From the sequence record SRR20825019_616: a stretch of DNA of 64,000 nt. One strand, given 5' to 3'. Positions 10,311 to 20,052 of the stretch are shown piece by piece (within the stretch, counting starts at the first letter, position 1; each line of letters starts with the position of its first letter). Made by a program: the position numbers and the translations under genes. The notes under the pieces are model-generated. The model did not search any database. It had not been told where the DNA came from and worked only from the letters and a program-made list of their open reading frames with translations.

Positions 10311-11289
10311 CAGACGCCTCCTCAGAACCGGCTAACCGCTCGCTAATAGAGTTGATGATCTCCTGACGGTCGGGCAGCGGAATGTTCAGGGAACGCGCAA
10401 CCTGGTCGTTGAGCTCAATCCTGAAGACATCGGGATAGGCGGGCGGGGGGAACTGACCATCGCGGCGGTATTGTTCTATGTAATTCGCTGCCAGTTTGGC
10501 AATCTCGGTTAAAGGGGTATAGGTAGACGCCAGCGATCCCGCTTTGACATAAGCCTGACTCGGGCCGATGACAATCCGGTTACGACGATAGGCCGTCAAC
10601 AAGATGTGCTTGATGGTTCGGGGGTTGTATATACCACTGTCCGGTGCGGCCAGAATAAAGTCGCCGTAGTTCAGCGCGTGAATGAGCGTTGGTATCAGGT
10701 CGTTGTCGGAACTGACGACAAATACTCGTGCCTGGAGCCCGTAAGCTGGAAGTTTTTCAACCAGGGATTCGTAGATTTCGACGGTCTCGGGGCGGGCAAG
10801 CATCGCCACCCGGGTGGCATGAGGCAGGATTTCCTGTCCAGCGACGGCCTGCCTGATTAAAGGGGGATTGTACAATATGCCAGAAACCGAACCTTCAGAG
10901 CGCTCTGCATAACCTTTGATAAATGATTGATCCACAAGCAGAGCCAGGATGGGTACGTCACGATTCCCTTGCCGGACTCGGGTAAAGGCTTCTGGTCCGA
11001 GCGTAATAACGGGTGTGGTTTTGTCCTGAGACGCCTGACCGCTATTGAAGGAGCGAATGTTGATGCCACTGCCCAGGGCCTCCTTAAGAAGGGAGAGCAT
11101 GCGGCGATTCAGTGCGGAGTTCTCGGAACCGGCCAGGTACACCTGGGCCCCCGAAGAGGATTGCGCGTAAACAGGCTGCAAAGGCATGGACAACACGAAA
11201 AGCAGGAACAGTACGGCACTGGCCAGGACGCACCGACTGGCATGGCCGCCTGATTTATTCCCCACTTTGGTGTTGTACGTTGGTTTCAT
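10303..11289 (-). CDS. Exported ABC-type substrate-binding-like protein with no adjacent permease
   Basis: Signal peptide, plus PD..IYN..TIK.ILL..YR, YVKAG.LA and N.QVARSL.I motifs typical of ABC_sub_bind-like proteins. Overlaps the kinase start by 8 nt. Confidence 0.75.
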   Translation of the reverse strand: MKPTYNTKVGNKSGGHASRCVLASAVLFLLFVLSMPLQPVYAQSSSGAQVYLAGSENSALNRRMLSLLKEALGSGINIRSFNSGQASQDKTTPVITLGPEAFTRVRQGNRDVPILALLVDQSFIKGYAERSEGSVSGILYNPPLIRQAVAGQEILPHATRVAMLARPETVEIYESLVEKLPAYGLQARVFVVSSDNDLIPTLIHALNYGDFILAAPDSGIYNPRTIKHILLTAYRRNRIVIGPSQAYVKAGSLASTYTPLTEIAKLAANYIEQYRRDGQFPPPAYPDVFRIELNDQVARSLNIPLPDRQEIINSISERLAGSEEASDE

Positions 11290-11324
11290 ACCGTCCAGGG
11301 TCGGGTATCGTCCGTGTGGTGCCT

Positions 11325-13517
11325 TTAGAATCTTACGCCGACTTCAGCGAAGAACTGGTTATGGTCCTTGATGACGTTATCTGGACTCAGATCCACGTCG
11401 CGGTCCAGGTAGTGCTGCATGGTAACGGCAAACTCATAGCTGTAGCCGGTTTTGAAAATGTGCCTTGCCAGCCTCAGGTCCAGACGTTCGAAATGTGAGC
11501 GCCGGAACTCATCCGCAAAATAGAACGCCGCTGACGAGGTCAGGTTGAAAGGCAGATCCTGTATCCACGCAAAACTTCCTGAATGCCTGACCGACAACCG
11601 CCCCAACAGGTCAATGGCGTATTGTTTGTCGCCGGCATCGCGATCATTGGCGCCGGTATAGCGGCCATCCTGATCCAGATAAGCATAGCTCATCCTCAGT
11701 TTTGTACCGGGAAAGTCCAGTGACGCCTCTACCTCAAAGCCTTTCTGATCGAGCGCGACATTGTTGTCGATGGTCCAGTCTTCTTCGTTGATGATACCGC
11801 TGATCATGTCCCGAAGCTTGTCGTTGAAATAGCGAACTTCCAGTGACAAGGTGGAACTATCCAGATAATACTGGCCAAAATAGCTTATTTCCCGAGAGGT
11901 TATGCGCTCTTCTTCAAGTGTTTTGCCATACGTCGACGTGGCTGGGTCGACCAGATTTTCGACCAGGAATCGTTGCCCTTCAAGAAAGGCGTATGGTGGC
12001 TGAACATTCCTGGGGCGATAGGACCAGTCCGGGTTCTGTTCGAATGCATCTGGTGTGCGTACCGCCTCGGAGTAAACAAATCGGAGCGTGTGGTTGTTAG
12101 CCAGGATGAAGTTGGCAGCCACCCTTGGTGAAAAGTAGCCTTCATCCGTGGTGGTGGTTTTTTCCCAGTTGCCGCCGGCATTCAGGGTAAGCCAGCGTAG
12201 AGGTGTGTACTCAAGATTCGCAAAAACCTGTGACTGGTAGTTGTTGCCGCGGCCATTGAAATAGGTTTCAGACCGATAGGTATCCTTACGATAACCAAGA
12301 CCCGATACCAGCTTCAGGTCCCGACTGAACAACAGGGTATCCTGAATTTCGAACTCCAGGCGGGATTCCTCGATGTCTTCATTCAGGTATGCCCTGAAAG
12401 GGTCTACTTCGTTGGCCGTACAGGACTCGAGATCAAAGCTGTTTCCCTGAAGAATATTGTCAAAAGTATCCCCGGGAATGCATATGCTCCAGCGCTGCCG
12501 TCGATCATAGTTCTGGAAGCTGGCCTGTACATGATAGAAATGGCTTTCGGAGGTCGTCACGTTCAGGCGGGTTTGCAGATAGTAGTCGTCGACGATGATA
12601 TCAGGATGGTCATCGGCGCCGAGCTTGCCGTTCTTGATCTGGTCCTCCTCGTTAACGCCATCCACCACACCACCGCGCAGGTCCAAACTGTATTGGCTGT
12701 TCAGGAACAAACTGCTGTCGTAGTTAAAGGTGTTGATGTCATAGCCATCATGAAAAGGGTAGTAGATGTCATCGTCTTCCTGCTCATCAAAGCCGTCCGA
12801 TTTACGCTTCTCGTAGGCCAGGCGCCAGTTGTAGTCGCCAGAGGCATTACCGGCAGAACCAAACACCCGCTTATAGCCTCTGGAACCTGTAATAGCGCGA
12901 GCTTCAACACCAGCCGTATCCTCAGGCGCGCGGGTTATGATGTTGATGGTTCCGAGGAAGGCATTGATACCATACGCGGCGCTGTTCGGGCCGCGGCTGA
13001 CCTCAATTCGTTCTATCAGTTCCAGCGGTACTGGCATGGTATTCCAGTCCATGTCGGACAGGTTAGGGCGGTATGACGTACGGCCATCAACCTGAACCTG
13101 CAATCGACGCTGCTCATAATGTACAGTGCCGTGGTAACTGGTTACCGGGTTGTTGCTCCCGACTTCGGCGACGGTCATGCCAGGAACCAGGCGAAACACC
13201 TCTACCAGGTTCATGATGCCGAGATCCCGGATCATTTCTCCGGTGATGATGGTGGTCGTGCCGGGCACACGTGACTTCGGTTGCCTGAGGCGGGTTGTGG
13301 TCAGCACCTCTGGAATTCTGGAATCCATTTCAAAGGCTTCCGGTGAATCGCCAAGCGCTGCCAGCTCGAAGGTTTGTTCGTTGCTTTCCTCCGCCACCGC
13401 CGCTACCACCGGAACAACGGCGATGAACGTGCCCGCAAACACCGACATCAGGCGATTGCGATAGGTGTCAGGACGAACAAGCCCCGGAATTTTAATGAGA
13501 TAGGTCGTAACGGACAT
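11325..13517 (-). CDS. TonB-dependent receptor
   Basis: Plug motif IERIEVSRGPNSAAYG.NAF.G.INIIT, FSPRVA strand and C-terminal Phe. Confidence 0.92.
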   Translation of the reverse strand: MSVTTYLIKIPGLVRPDTYRNRLMSVFAGTFIAVVPVVAAVAEESNEQTFELAALGDSPEAFEMDSRIPEVLTTTRLRQPKSRVPGTTTIITGEMIRDLGIMNLVEVFRLVPGMTVAEVGSNNPVTSYHGTVHYEQRRLQVQVDGRTSYRPNLSDMDWNTMPVPLELIERIEVSRGPNSAAYGINAFLGTINIITRAPEDTAGVEARAITGSRGYKRVFGSAGNASGDYNWRLAYEKRKSDGFDEQEDDDIYYPFHDGYDINTFNYDSSLFLNSQYSLDLRGGVVDGVNEEDQIKNGKLGADDHPDIIVDDYYLQTRLNVTTSESHFYHVQASFQNYDRRQRWSICIPGDTFDNILQGNSFDLESCTANEVDPFRAYLNEDIEESRLEFEIQDTLLFSRDLKLVSGLGYRKDTYRSETYFNGRGNNYQSQVFANLEYTPLRWLTLNAGGNWEKTTTTDEGYFSPRVAANFILANNHTLRFVYSEAVRTPDAFEQNPDWSYRPRNVQPPYAFLEGQRFLVENLVDPATSTYGKTLEEERITSREISYFGQYYLDSSTLSLEVRYFNDKLRDMISGIINEEDWTIDNNVALDQKGFEVEASLDFPGTKLRMSYAYLDQDGRYTGANDRDAGDKQYAIDLLGRLSVRHSGSFAWIQDLPFNLTSSAAFYFADEFRRSHFERLDLRLARHIFKTGYSYEFAVTMQHYLDRDVDLSPDNVIKDHNQFFAEVGVRF

Positions 13518-13631
13518 GAGTGTCGTTTTATACTTTGCCGAGTGTGGGATTTTTTTATGATGAACGCTTTTTTCATATCCTAGGTGACCAGATTACATTT
13601 GTCTCTCTAAAATTTAATGAAAGTCTGATGA

Positions 13632-14318
13632 ATGAGTTACAACTCTATGAATTGTTGGGAAGTATTGGGTATCGAGCCCACCGGTGATCATGCCCGTATC
13701 CGGGCGGCTTATGAGCGGCAGGAAAAGTTCGCCTCCGGTGAGGAGCTTGAACGACTGCGGCGGGCTTTCAAGGAAGCAACGGGCGGGGAACCGCAAACGG
13801 ACAACAGTCCATCCGATGCCGGTAATGAAAGGCGGCCTCAGGTTGCTGAGACCCCTGCGGCAGTGAGGCAGGAGGACCAGGAGTTGGATGCCTCGGAACG
13901 ACAGGTGGTACGAGAGGTGGTTATCCAGGTCCGAGCCTTGCTGAATGATTCAAGTCGCAGCAAGGACGCGCAGATCTGGAAAGCCATTCTTGGAGAGCCT
14001 CCTGCAGATCAGCCTCATGTTCGCAAGGAAATTGCCGACGCGCTGGAACCCCAGGTTCGGCCGATGGCGGAAAACGGCAGCTTCCCGGCGCCGGTTGTGC
14101 AGTTTCTGGCGGGGTGGTTCGACTGGTATAGCTTGCGGGATGCACATGCCCACGACGCTGACGAGGACGACATGGAGGCGGAAAAGTCAGCGGGGGATCA
14201 AGAGCCGCAGGAAGAACTGCCGCCCCAGATGGTTAACTTCTGGCCAGCGGTCATCGGCTGGATCGTCGGCCTGGCTGTATTGGCTACCTTATTCAGTGGT
14301 ATGGGGGGCGGCGGCTGA
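13632..14318 (+). CDS. J-domain-like protein lacking HPD, with C-terminal membrane anchor
   Basis: CWEVLGI...IRAAY...LRRAF resembles J-domain helices. Hydrophobic C-terminal segment FWPAVIGWIVGLAVLATLF. Confidence 0.7.
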   Translation: MSYNSMNCWEVLGIEPTGDHARIRAAYERQEKFASGEELERLRRAFKEATGGEPQTDNSPSDAGNERRPQVAETPAAVRQEDQELDASERQVVREVVIQVRALLNDSSRSKDAQIWKAILGEPPADQPHVRKEIADALEPQVRPMAENGSFPAPVVQFLAGWFDWYSLRDAHAHDADEDDMEAEKSAGDQEPQEELPPQMVNFWPAVIGWIVGLAVLATLFSGMGGGG

Positions 14319-15293
14319 CGCGGCCTCAATCCTGCGGCGATACGCCTGAGCCAGCATGGCTCCCACAATGACCTGAATCTGGTTGTAGCACATGATCGGC
14401 AGCACGATCATGCCAAACCCGGGGTGCCCGGAGAACAGCACCTTGGCCATGGGCAGGCCGGACGCCAGACTCTTCTTTGAGCCGCAGAATACCACGGCGG
14501 CCTCGTCCTCCAAGCTGAATCCAAGCCGGCGAACCACAAACATCGCCAGTACCATAAAAAATCCCAGTAGCGCGAAGCACAGCACGATGGCCAGCAGAAT
14601 CGCCTTCAACGGCAGGTTCTGCCACAGGCCACTCGTGACCGAATGGGAAAAGGCGGAATACACGATCAGCCAGATCACACACTGGTCATAGCGGGAGGTG
14701 AGCGTTTCATTCCGAGCCAGGAAACCACCCAACAAGGGGCGCAGGCCGTGGCCAACCGCAAACGGAAGAAGCAGTTGTAGCACAATGTCTTTGAGCGCCT
14801 CCGCCACCGAAAAGCCACCGTCGCCCGACGTGCTCACCAACAGTAACAGCAGAAATGGTGTCAGCATCATGCCAAAGACATTGGATGCAGCAGCGCTGCA
14901 GATGGCGGCAGGCACATTGCCCTTGGCCATGGCGGTATAGGCAATCGAGGAAGAAACGGCCGACGGCAGCACACCCAGATAGAGGAATCCCAGCCCCAGA
15001 TCAGGCGGCATCCACTGAGGCGCAAAACGACTGATTTCATTGATGGGTAATGCCACGAGGGGAAAGAAAACAAAGGTGAAAGCGGTAATGATGATGTGCA
15101 GGCGCCAATGGGTGGCCCCGGCTACGATCTGTTCACGTGAAAGCGCCGCGCCATGAAGGAAAAACAGGAGTGCCACGGCCACAGTGCCTGCAGTTGCCAG
15201 GGCGTTGGCGGCATCACCACGCACCGGCAGGAACGTGGCAAGGACAATCGCACCTAACAGCAATAGCGTGAAGGTATCGAGCCTGAATTTCAT
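14289..15293 (-). CDS. Bile acid:sodium symporter family protein (YfeH/SBF-like)
   Basis: LFFLHG, LPS.VSSSIA.T..A.GN and FCGSKKSLASG.PMA motifs. About 10 TM segments. Confidence 0.9.
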   Translation of the reverse strand: MKFRLDTFTLLLLGAIVLATFLPVRGDAANALATAGTVAVALLFFLHGAALSREQIVAGATHWRLHIIITAFTFVFFPLVALPINEISRFAPQWMPPDLGLGFLYLGVLPSAVSSSIAYTAMAKGNVPAAICSAAASNVFGMMLTPFLLLLLVSTSGDGGFSVAEALKDIVLQLLLPFAVGHGLRPLLGGFLARNETLTSRYDQCVIWLIVYSAFSHSVTSGLWQNLPLKAILLAIVLCFALLGFFMVLAMFVVRRLGFSLEDEAAVVFCGSKKSLASGLPMAKVLFSGHPGFGMIVLPIMCYNQIQVIVGAMLAQAYRRRIEAASAAAPHTTE

Positions 15294-15970
15294 GGATGCT
15301 TCTTCCCCAAGGCTTTAAGGCTCGGCTGGAGCAGCGCCCTCGACAGAGTTTCCGCCTTAACGGAGTCCTGTCGTCGGATCGCGGCGAGTAGCAGTTCATG
15401 ATCCTCCTGGGAAGGTTCAGGAAGTCCTGAATCGAGCTCGGTCAGTTCAATGGTCTGTGCCACCGAATTGGCAAAATAGTCGTACAGCTCCGACAGGGCA
15501 GGGTTGTGTGACGCTGCGACCAGGGATGTATGAAACGCATGATCGTGACGGATTCGGCTTTCAACATCGTCACCGGCTTTCGCCCGCTCATCCAGGGCGA
15601 GCGTCATTCTCTCCAGGTCCTTGGCGTCCCGGCGTTCCGCAGCGAGCTTCGCAGCCTCGGTTTCCAGCATGATCCGTACTTCGAGCTTGTCTCTTAACTG
15701 GGCCCGGTTGATTCTCCGCAGGGTTTCTCCTGCATCCTTTGTGGCTCGAACGTAGGTGCCATCCCCCTGACGTGTCTCCAGCATGCCGACATGCACCAGG
15801 ACCCTGACCGCTTCACGAACGGTGTTACGGCTCACGCCGAGGGACTCCGACAGTTGCACTTCAACGGGCAGCCGTTCGCCAATCGCCCAGTGGCCTTTTT
15901 CAATGGCCTGGCGCAGGCTTTCTATGGCGGTTTCGACGAGAGAGCCCTTGGAGATTCTGGCGAGCTGCAT
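15290..15970 (-). CDS. FadR/GntR family transcriptional regulator
   Basis: GERLP.E..L...LGVSRNTVREA wHTH and FCD domain (D..FH..LV.ASHN). ATGA overlap with the symporter. Confidence 0.92.
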   Translation of the reverse strand: MQLARISKGSLVETAIESLRQAIEKGHWAIGERLPVEVQLSESLGVSRNTVREAVRVLVHVGMLETRQGDGTYVRATKDAGETLRRINRAQLRDKLEVRIMLETEAAKLAAERRDAKDLERMTLALDERAKAGDDVESRIRHDHAFHTSLVAASHNPALSELYDYFANSVAQTIELTELDSGLPEPSQEDHELLLAAIRRQDSVKAETLSRALLQPSLKALGKKHP

Positions 15971-15998
15971 GTTTAAGATCCTGATAAATGATGACCCA

Positions 15999-16028
15999 AT
16001 CATCCTATGAATATGCCGGGGCTGTCAA
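15999..16028 (-). promoter_or_regulatory. Putative sigma70 promoter of the GntR-symporter operon with overlapping palindromic operator
   Basis: Perfect TTGACA at 16028-16023. The TCAT-N3-ATGA palindrome (16000-16010) covers the -10 region. Confidence 0.5.
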
Positions 16029-16058
16029 ATGGACAAGCCTGGAGGGAGCAAAGAGAGG

Positions 16059-17540
16059 CTAAACGGAAGGTTGCAGGAACTCGTAGTCGTCCGGGTTCAC
16101 CTCCCGCGTGGCCTTGCGGTAAGTGAAGGTGAAACCGGGCCAGTTCACCGTGTTCTTGCCATCGCTGTCCAGGTACCAGGAATGGCAACCGGATTCCCAA
16201 ACGCTGTCTTTAAGCTTTGTCTGAACGCCCTCCGAGAACGTTTTAAGCCGATCTGGTTTTACATCCATAGCCGTGCCGGGTGTTGCGCTCAATGTATTGA
16301 TACAACCCAGCACATACCGGACCTGGGACTCCAGCATGTACACAATGCTGTTGTGGGCGAGGTTTGTGTTGGGCCCGTAGAGCATGAAAAGGTTGGGAAA
16401 CCCGGACACCGTAATGCCCTTGTAGGCCTCCGATCCAGTGGCCCAAGCCTGGTTGAGCGACGCGCCGTTGCGGCCGGTGATCTCCATCGGTGACAGGAAA
16501 TCCGAAGCCGCAAATCCGGTCCCCAGGATTATCGTGTCCAACCGGTGCAGAGCGCCGTCGGTGGTAATCAGGCCTTCCTCCACGACACGCTCTATACCAG
16601 TGGTGACGAGCTCGACGTGAGACTGATCAACGGCTGAATACCAGTCGTTGGAAATCAGTATCCGCTTGCAGCCGATCTTGTAGTCCGGAATCAGATGCCT
16701 GAACTTCTCGGGATCGCGAACCTGGTGTTTGGCAAAGCGCTTTGCCTGCCAGGCAAAAAGCTCGAGCAAGCTGTTAAAGCGGGTGAACGCCAGGGCGCGG
16801 CTTTCATTCTTCCAATAGATCAGAGAGCGGTAGATGCGGTCCCAGGCCGGAACCTTCTGGAACAGTGCCTGCTCCCATTTATAGAACGGTCGGTCGGGTT
16901 TCGGCAGCACCCAGGCAGCGGAGCGCTGGAAAAGGCTGAGAGCTCTTACCTTTGGCACTATTTCCGGCACGAATTGAATGGCGCTGGCACCGGTGCCAAT
17001 CACGCCAACATTCTTGCCACTCAGGTCGTAGTTATGGTCCCAACGGGCGGAATGGAACGTCGTGCCTGCAAAGGTATCCAGGCCGGGAATATTTGGCCAT
17101 GCTGGCTGATTCAACTGGCCGGTAGCGGTAACAATGATATCGGCTGTCTGAGACTCTCCGTCGGTAGTGGTGACGGTCCAGGTGTTGGTGGCTTCGTTGA
17201 AAACCGCGCTGGCGACTTCGTTATTAAACTGAATATGCCCCGCCAAATCATATTTCTCAACGCAGTGCTGCATATAATCAAGAATTTCCGGCTGCAATCC
17301 GAACTTTCTTGACCAGTCGTGTTTAGGCTCAAAGGAGAAGGAGTACAAGTGAGACTGAACATCACAGGCCGCACCGGGGTAGGTATTATCTCGCCAGGTG
17401 CCTCCAACCCCGGACGCCTTTTCCAGGAGGGTAAAGGTTTCTATTCCGGCATTCCGGAGCTGGATGGCCATGCACAGGCCGCCAAAACCGGTGCCAATGA
17501 TGATCACAGACGGTGTGGTACTGCGGACACTCTCGTTCAC
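16059..17540 (-). CDS. Flavin-containing (Baeyer-Villiger type) monooxygenase
   Basis: GTGFGG, GGTWRDNTYPGAACD, fingerprint FAGTTFHSARW (FxGxxxHxxxW) and GTGASA. Confidence 0.92.
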   Translation of the reverse strand: MNESVRSTTPSVIIIGTGFGGLCMAIQLRNAGIETFTLLEKASGVGGTWRDNTYPGAACDVQSHLYSFSFEPKHDWSRKFGLQPEILDYMQHCVEKYDLAGHIQFNNEVASAVFNEATNTWTVTTTDGESQTADIIVTATGQLNQPAWPNIPGLDTFAGTTFHSARWDHNYDLSGKNVGVIGTGASAIQFVPEIVPKVRALSLFQRSAAWVLPKPDRPFYKWEQALFQKVPAWDRIYRSLIYWKNESRALAFTRFNSLLELFAWQAKRFAKHQVRDPEKFRHLIPDYKIGCKRILISNDWYSAVDQSHVELVTTGIERVVEEGLITTDGALHRLDTIILGTGFAASDFLSPMEITGRNGASLNQAWATGSEAYKGITVSGFPNLFMLYGPNTNLAHNSIVYMLESQVRYVLGCINTLSATPGTAMDVKPDRLKTFSEGVQTKLKDSVWESGCHSWYLDSDGKNTVNWPGFTFTYRKATREVNPDDYEFLQPSV

Positions 17541-17618
17541 GGAATCTTCCCTTTGACGTTATTATGGGAATTCGGATACCGGGTAGAGTATACGTCTGAC
17601 GCGACTTGCGGTAGATGG

Positions 17619-18587
17619 TCAGAACCGGATTAACGCAGAACCCCATGTAAACCCGCCGCCAAAGGCTTCCAACAGAAGCACCTCATTTTTCTGGATGCGA
17701 CCATCGCGAACGGCAACGTCCAGCGCCAGCGGAATTGACGCAGCAGAGGTGTTACCGTGCTTGTTGACGGTCACCACCACCTGGTCCATGGACATGTTCA
17801 GCTTGCGAGCCGTGGCCGCGATAATCCTCAAATTCGCCTGGTGCGGTACCAGCCAGTCCACATCGGATTTCTTCATCTGGTTGGCTTCAAGGGTTTCGTC
17901 CACAATTCTGCCCAGGGTGTTCACGGCAATCTTGAACACTTCATTGCCCTTCATGTGAACATGGCCTTTGCCGGCCCGAACCTGGTCGAAGCCATCGCCA
18001 ATACCAAAGGGTACGTGGAGCAGGTCTTCGTATTTGCCGTCAGCATGGATGTGGGTCGAGAGAATGCCGGTTTCCTCGCTGGCCTCCAACACTACGGCGC
18101 CGGCACCGTCACCGAACAGCACACAGGTGCCTCGGTCTTCCCAGTCCAGAATGCGGGAGAACAGCTCTGCGCCAACCACCAGAACCTTCTTGCTGCCGCC
18201 GGTTTTAATGAACTTGTCAGCAACCGATAACGCATAGACAAACCCGCTGCAAACAGCCTGGATATCGAAAGCCGGGCAGCCATGGATATCGAGTCTCGCC
18301 TGTAGAATGCACGCCGAGCTGGGAAAGATCTTGTCAGGGGTGGATGTGGCGAACACAATCAGGTCAATGTCGGCAGGCTGAAGTCCGGCGGCTTCAATGG
18401 CCCTGCGGGATGCTTTTTCAGCAAGATCGACGGTGGTTTCACCTTCTACAGCGATGTGTCGCTGCTCAATGCCGGTACGCTCACGAATCCACTGGTCGCT
18501 GGTGTCGACGATTTTCTCCATGTCTTCGTTTGTCATGACATTCTCGGGCAGATAGGAGCCCGTGCCGACAATTCGCGCGTACGTCAT
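17619..18587 (-). CDS. fabH: Beta-ketoacyl-ACP synthase III
   Basis: AVCSGF (catalytic Cys), PHQAN, GNTSAAS and FGGGFTWG. Confidence 0.95.
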   Translation of the reverse strand: MTYARIVGTGSYLPENVMTNEDMEKIVDTSDQWIRERTGIEQRHIAVEGETTVDLAEKASRRAIEAAGLQPADIDLIVFATSTPDKIFPSSACILQARLDIHGCPAFDIQAVCSGFVYALSVADKFIKTGGSKKVLVVGAELFSRILDWEDRGTCVLFGDGAGAVVLEASEETGILSTHIHADGKYEDLLHVPFGIGDGFDQVRAGKGHVHMKGNEVFKIAVNTLGRIVDETLEANQMKKSDVDWLVPHQANLRIIAATARKLNMSMDQVVVTVNKHGNTSAASIPLALDVAVRDGRIQKNEVLLLEAFGGGFTWGSALIRF

Positions 18588-18773
18588 GTGCTAGTTTCCT
18601 CAGGTGAACGGATCAATACTCAGATTCTTTCAATCATCCTATACCCTATTGATCGCCCCCAGCTATTAGCGTTTTGTCAAAGATGAGCGGGAGATACCCC
18701 GGAAAAGCTGGTACTCAGCCTGTAATCAGCTATACCTGTAGACAGGAACTCTTGTTGTGAAGGAGTGCTGCTG

Positions 18774-19556
18774 ATGACAGACCTTCCCCTCGGTATGAAG
18801 TATTACCTGCTTATTCTCACCTCAAGCCTGATTGAAGACCTCAATGACTATGGCGTCAAATGGATTGCGAACGAACCGGGCATTGCGATTCGTGACGTTG
18901 AAAAGGCGTTTTTCTGCGCCCGGGCCCTCGAAAGCAAGATGCCGGACGAACCTGGTCAGGCGGACCCGCGCCTGTGGCCGGAGCTTATGAAATCTATCCA
19001 TACCATTCGGCGCGTCCTGGATGTGGTCGAGAAAACCACGTTCGATGCCGTGATCGCCGAGGCCCTGGAAACCACGTCCGATATCGCGCGAGCAGATATC
19101 AAGCACGTCTTCGAACAAAAACGGGAAGCGGGGGAGGTGGATTTCCGTCTTCACGGACTTCTCAACACTAAACCAGATTCCGGCAAACCGGACCCTGCAG
19201 TACGCGAGGCCTTCATGCTGAAGCGGGCACGTCGCTATCAAAGCTTTATGGCGTTCGACGGCGCCACACTGAACGACGACGAGAAGGTGATATTGAATGA
19301 TGCGCAATCGGTCGCCCGCCACATAATGGATGGCGACCGTGATAACCGTCGAATTGATGCACTGCTCGTTATGGGCGCCGTGCTGATTGAAACGGCCAGC
19401 GTGAGACCAAAAGCCAGGATCCCACGACTGATCCGGGAGAGCTTTGATCGCATGGCCACCAAGGCTGCGATGGCTCTCGGTGCCATTGTCTATCGTGACG
19501 AGTATCTTGAGTTTAAAGCTACTCTCGGATTGGAGCGGCTTGATTCGGATTTATAG
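18774..19556 (+). CDS. Hypothetical protein (predicted soluble, helical)
   Basis: Long ORF with an AGGAG RBS before ATG 18774. No family motif recognised. Confidence 0.7.
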   Translation: MTDLPLGMKYYLLILTSSLIEDLNDYGVKWIANEPGIAIRDVEKAFFCARALESKMPDEPGQADPRLWPELMKSIHTIRRVLDVVEKTTFDAVIAEALETTSDIARADIKHVFEQKREAGEVDFRLHGLLNTKPDSGKPDPAVREAFMLKRARRYQSFMAFDGATLNDDEKVILNDAQSVARHIMDGDRDNRRIDALLVMGAVLIETASVRPKARIPRLIRESFDRMATKAAMALGAIVYRDEYLEFKATLGLERLDSDL

Positions 19557-19647
19557 GGAGCTGCTTTATAACGTTTTAACGGTTCACAACTCCCGATGAT
19601 GAATGGCATCCTGACTAACCACTCTGCGAAAAGAAGGAGACGAGGTA

Positions 19648-19902
19648 ATGGGCATTTCCAACCACGAACTTCATAACGAATTCCCCCAGTTTGGCGAATT
19701 GATCGACGAACTGAGAAAGAACGACCCGACGTTCCAGCACCATTTTCGGCAGTACGCAGAGCTGGACCAGGAAATCGAAGGCCTGGAACGCAGGGATGCC
19801 CCGATCGGAGACGATCAGTTGCACCAGATGAAACAACAGCGACTGCAACTGAAAGATGATCTGTATAAGACGCTTGTAAAGAAGTCGAACGGGGCGGCAT
19901 AG
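19648..19902 (+). CDS. YdcH / DUF465 family small protein
   Basis: EFP....I..L...D..F......Y..LD.EI and K.QRL.LKD.LY pattern. GAGG RBS. Confidence 0.85.
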   Translation: MGISNHELHNEFPQFGELIDELRKNDPTFQHHFRQYAELDQEIEGLERRDAPIGDDQLHQMKQQRLQLKDDLYKTLVKKSNGAA

Positions 19903-20052
19903 GTACAAGTTGCTAGGCTCAAAGGCCCCAAAACAAGGCCTCGTAGTGGTTTCCAAGTATGGGGCCGGACAGGAATCATCCATAAAATAGGTAACTACTT
20001 AAAACCGATTACGGTTTAACCCTTTGTTGTTATCGATAGATGGATGATTGAA

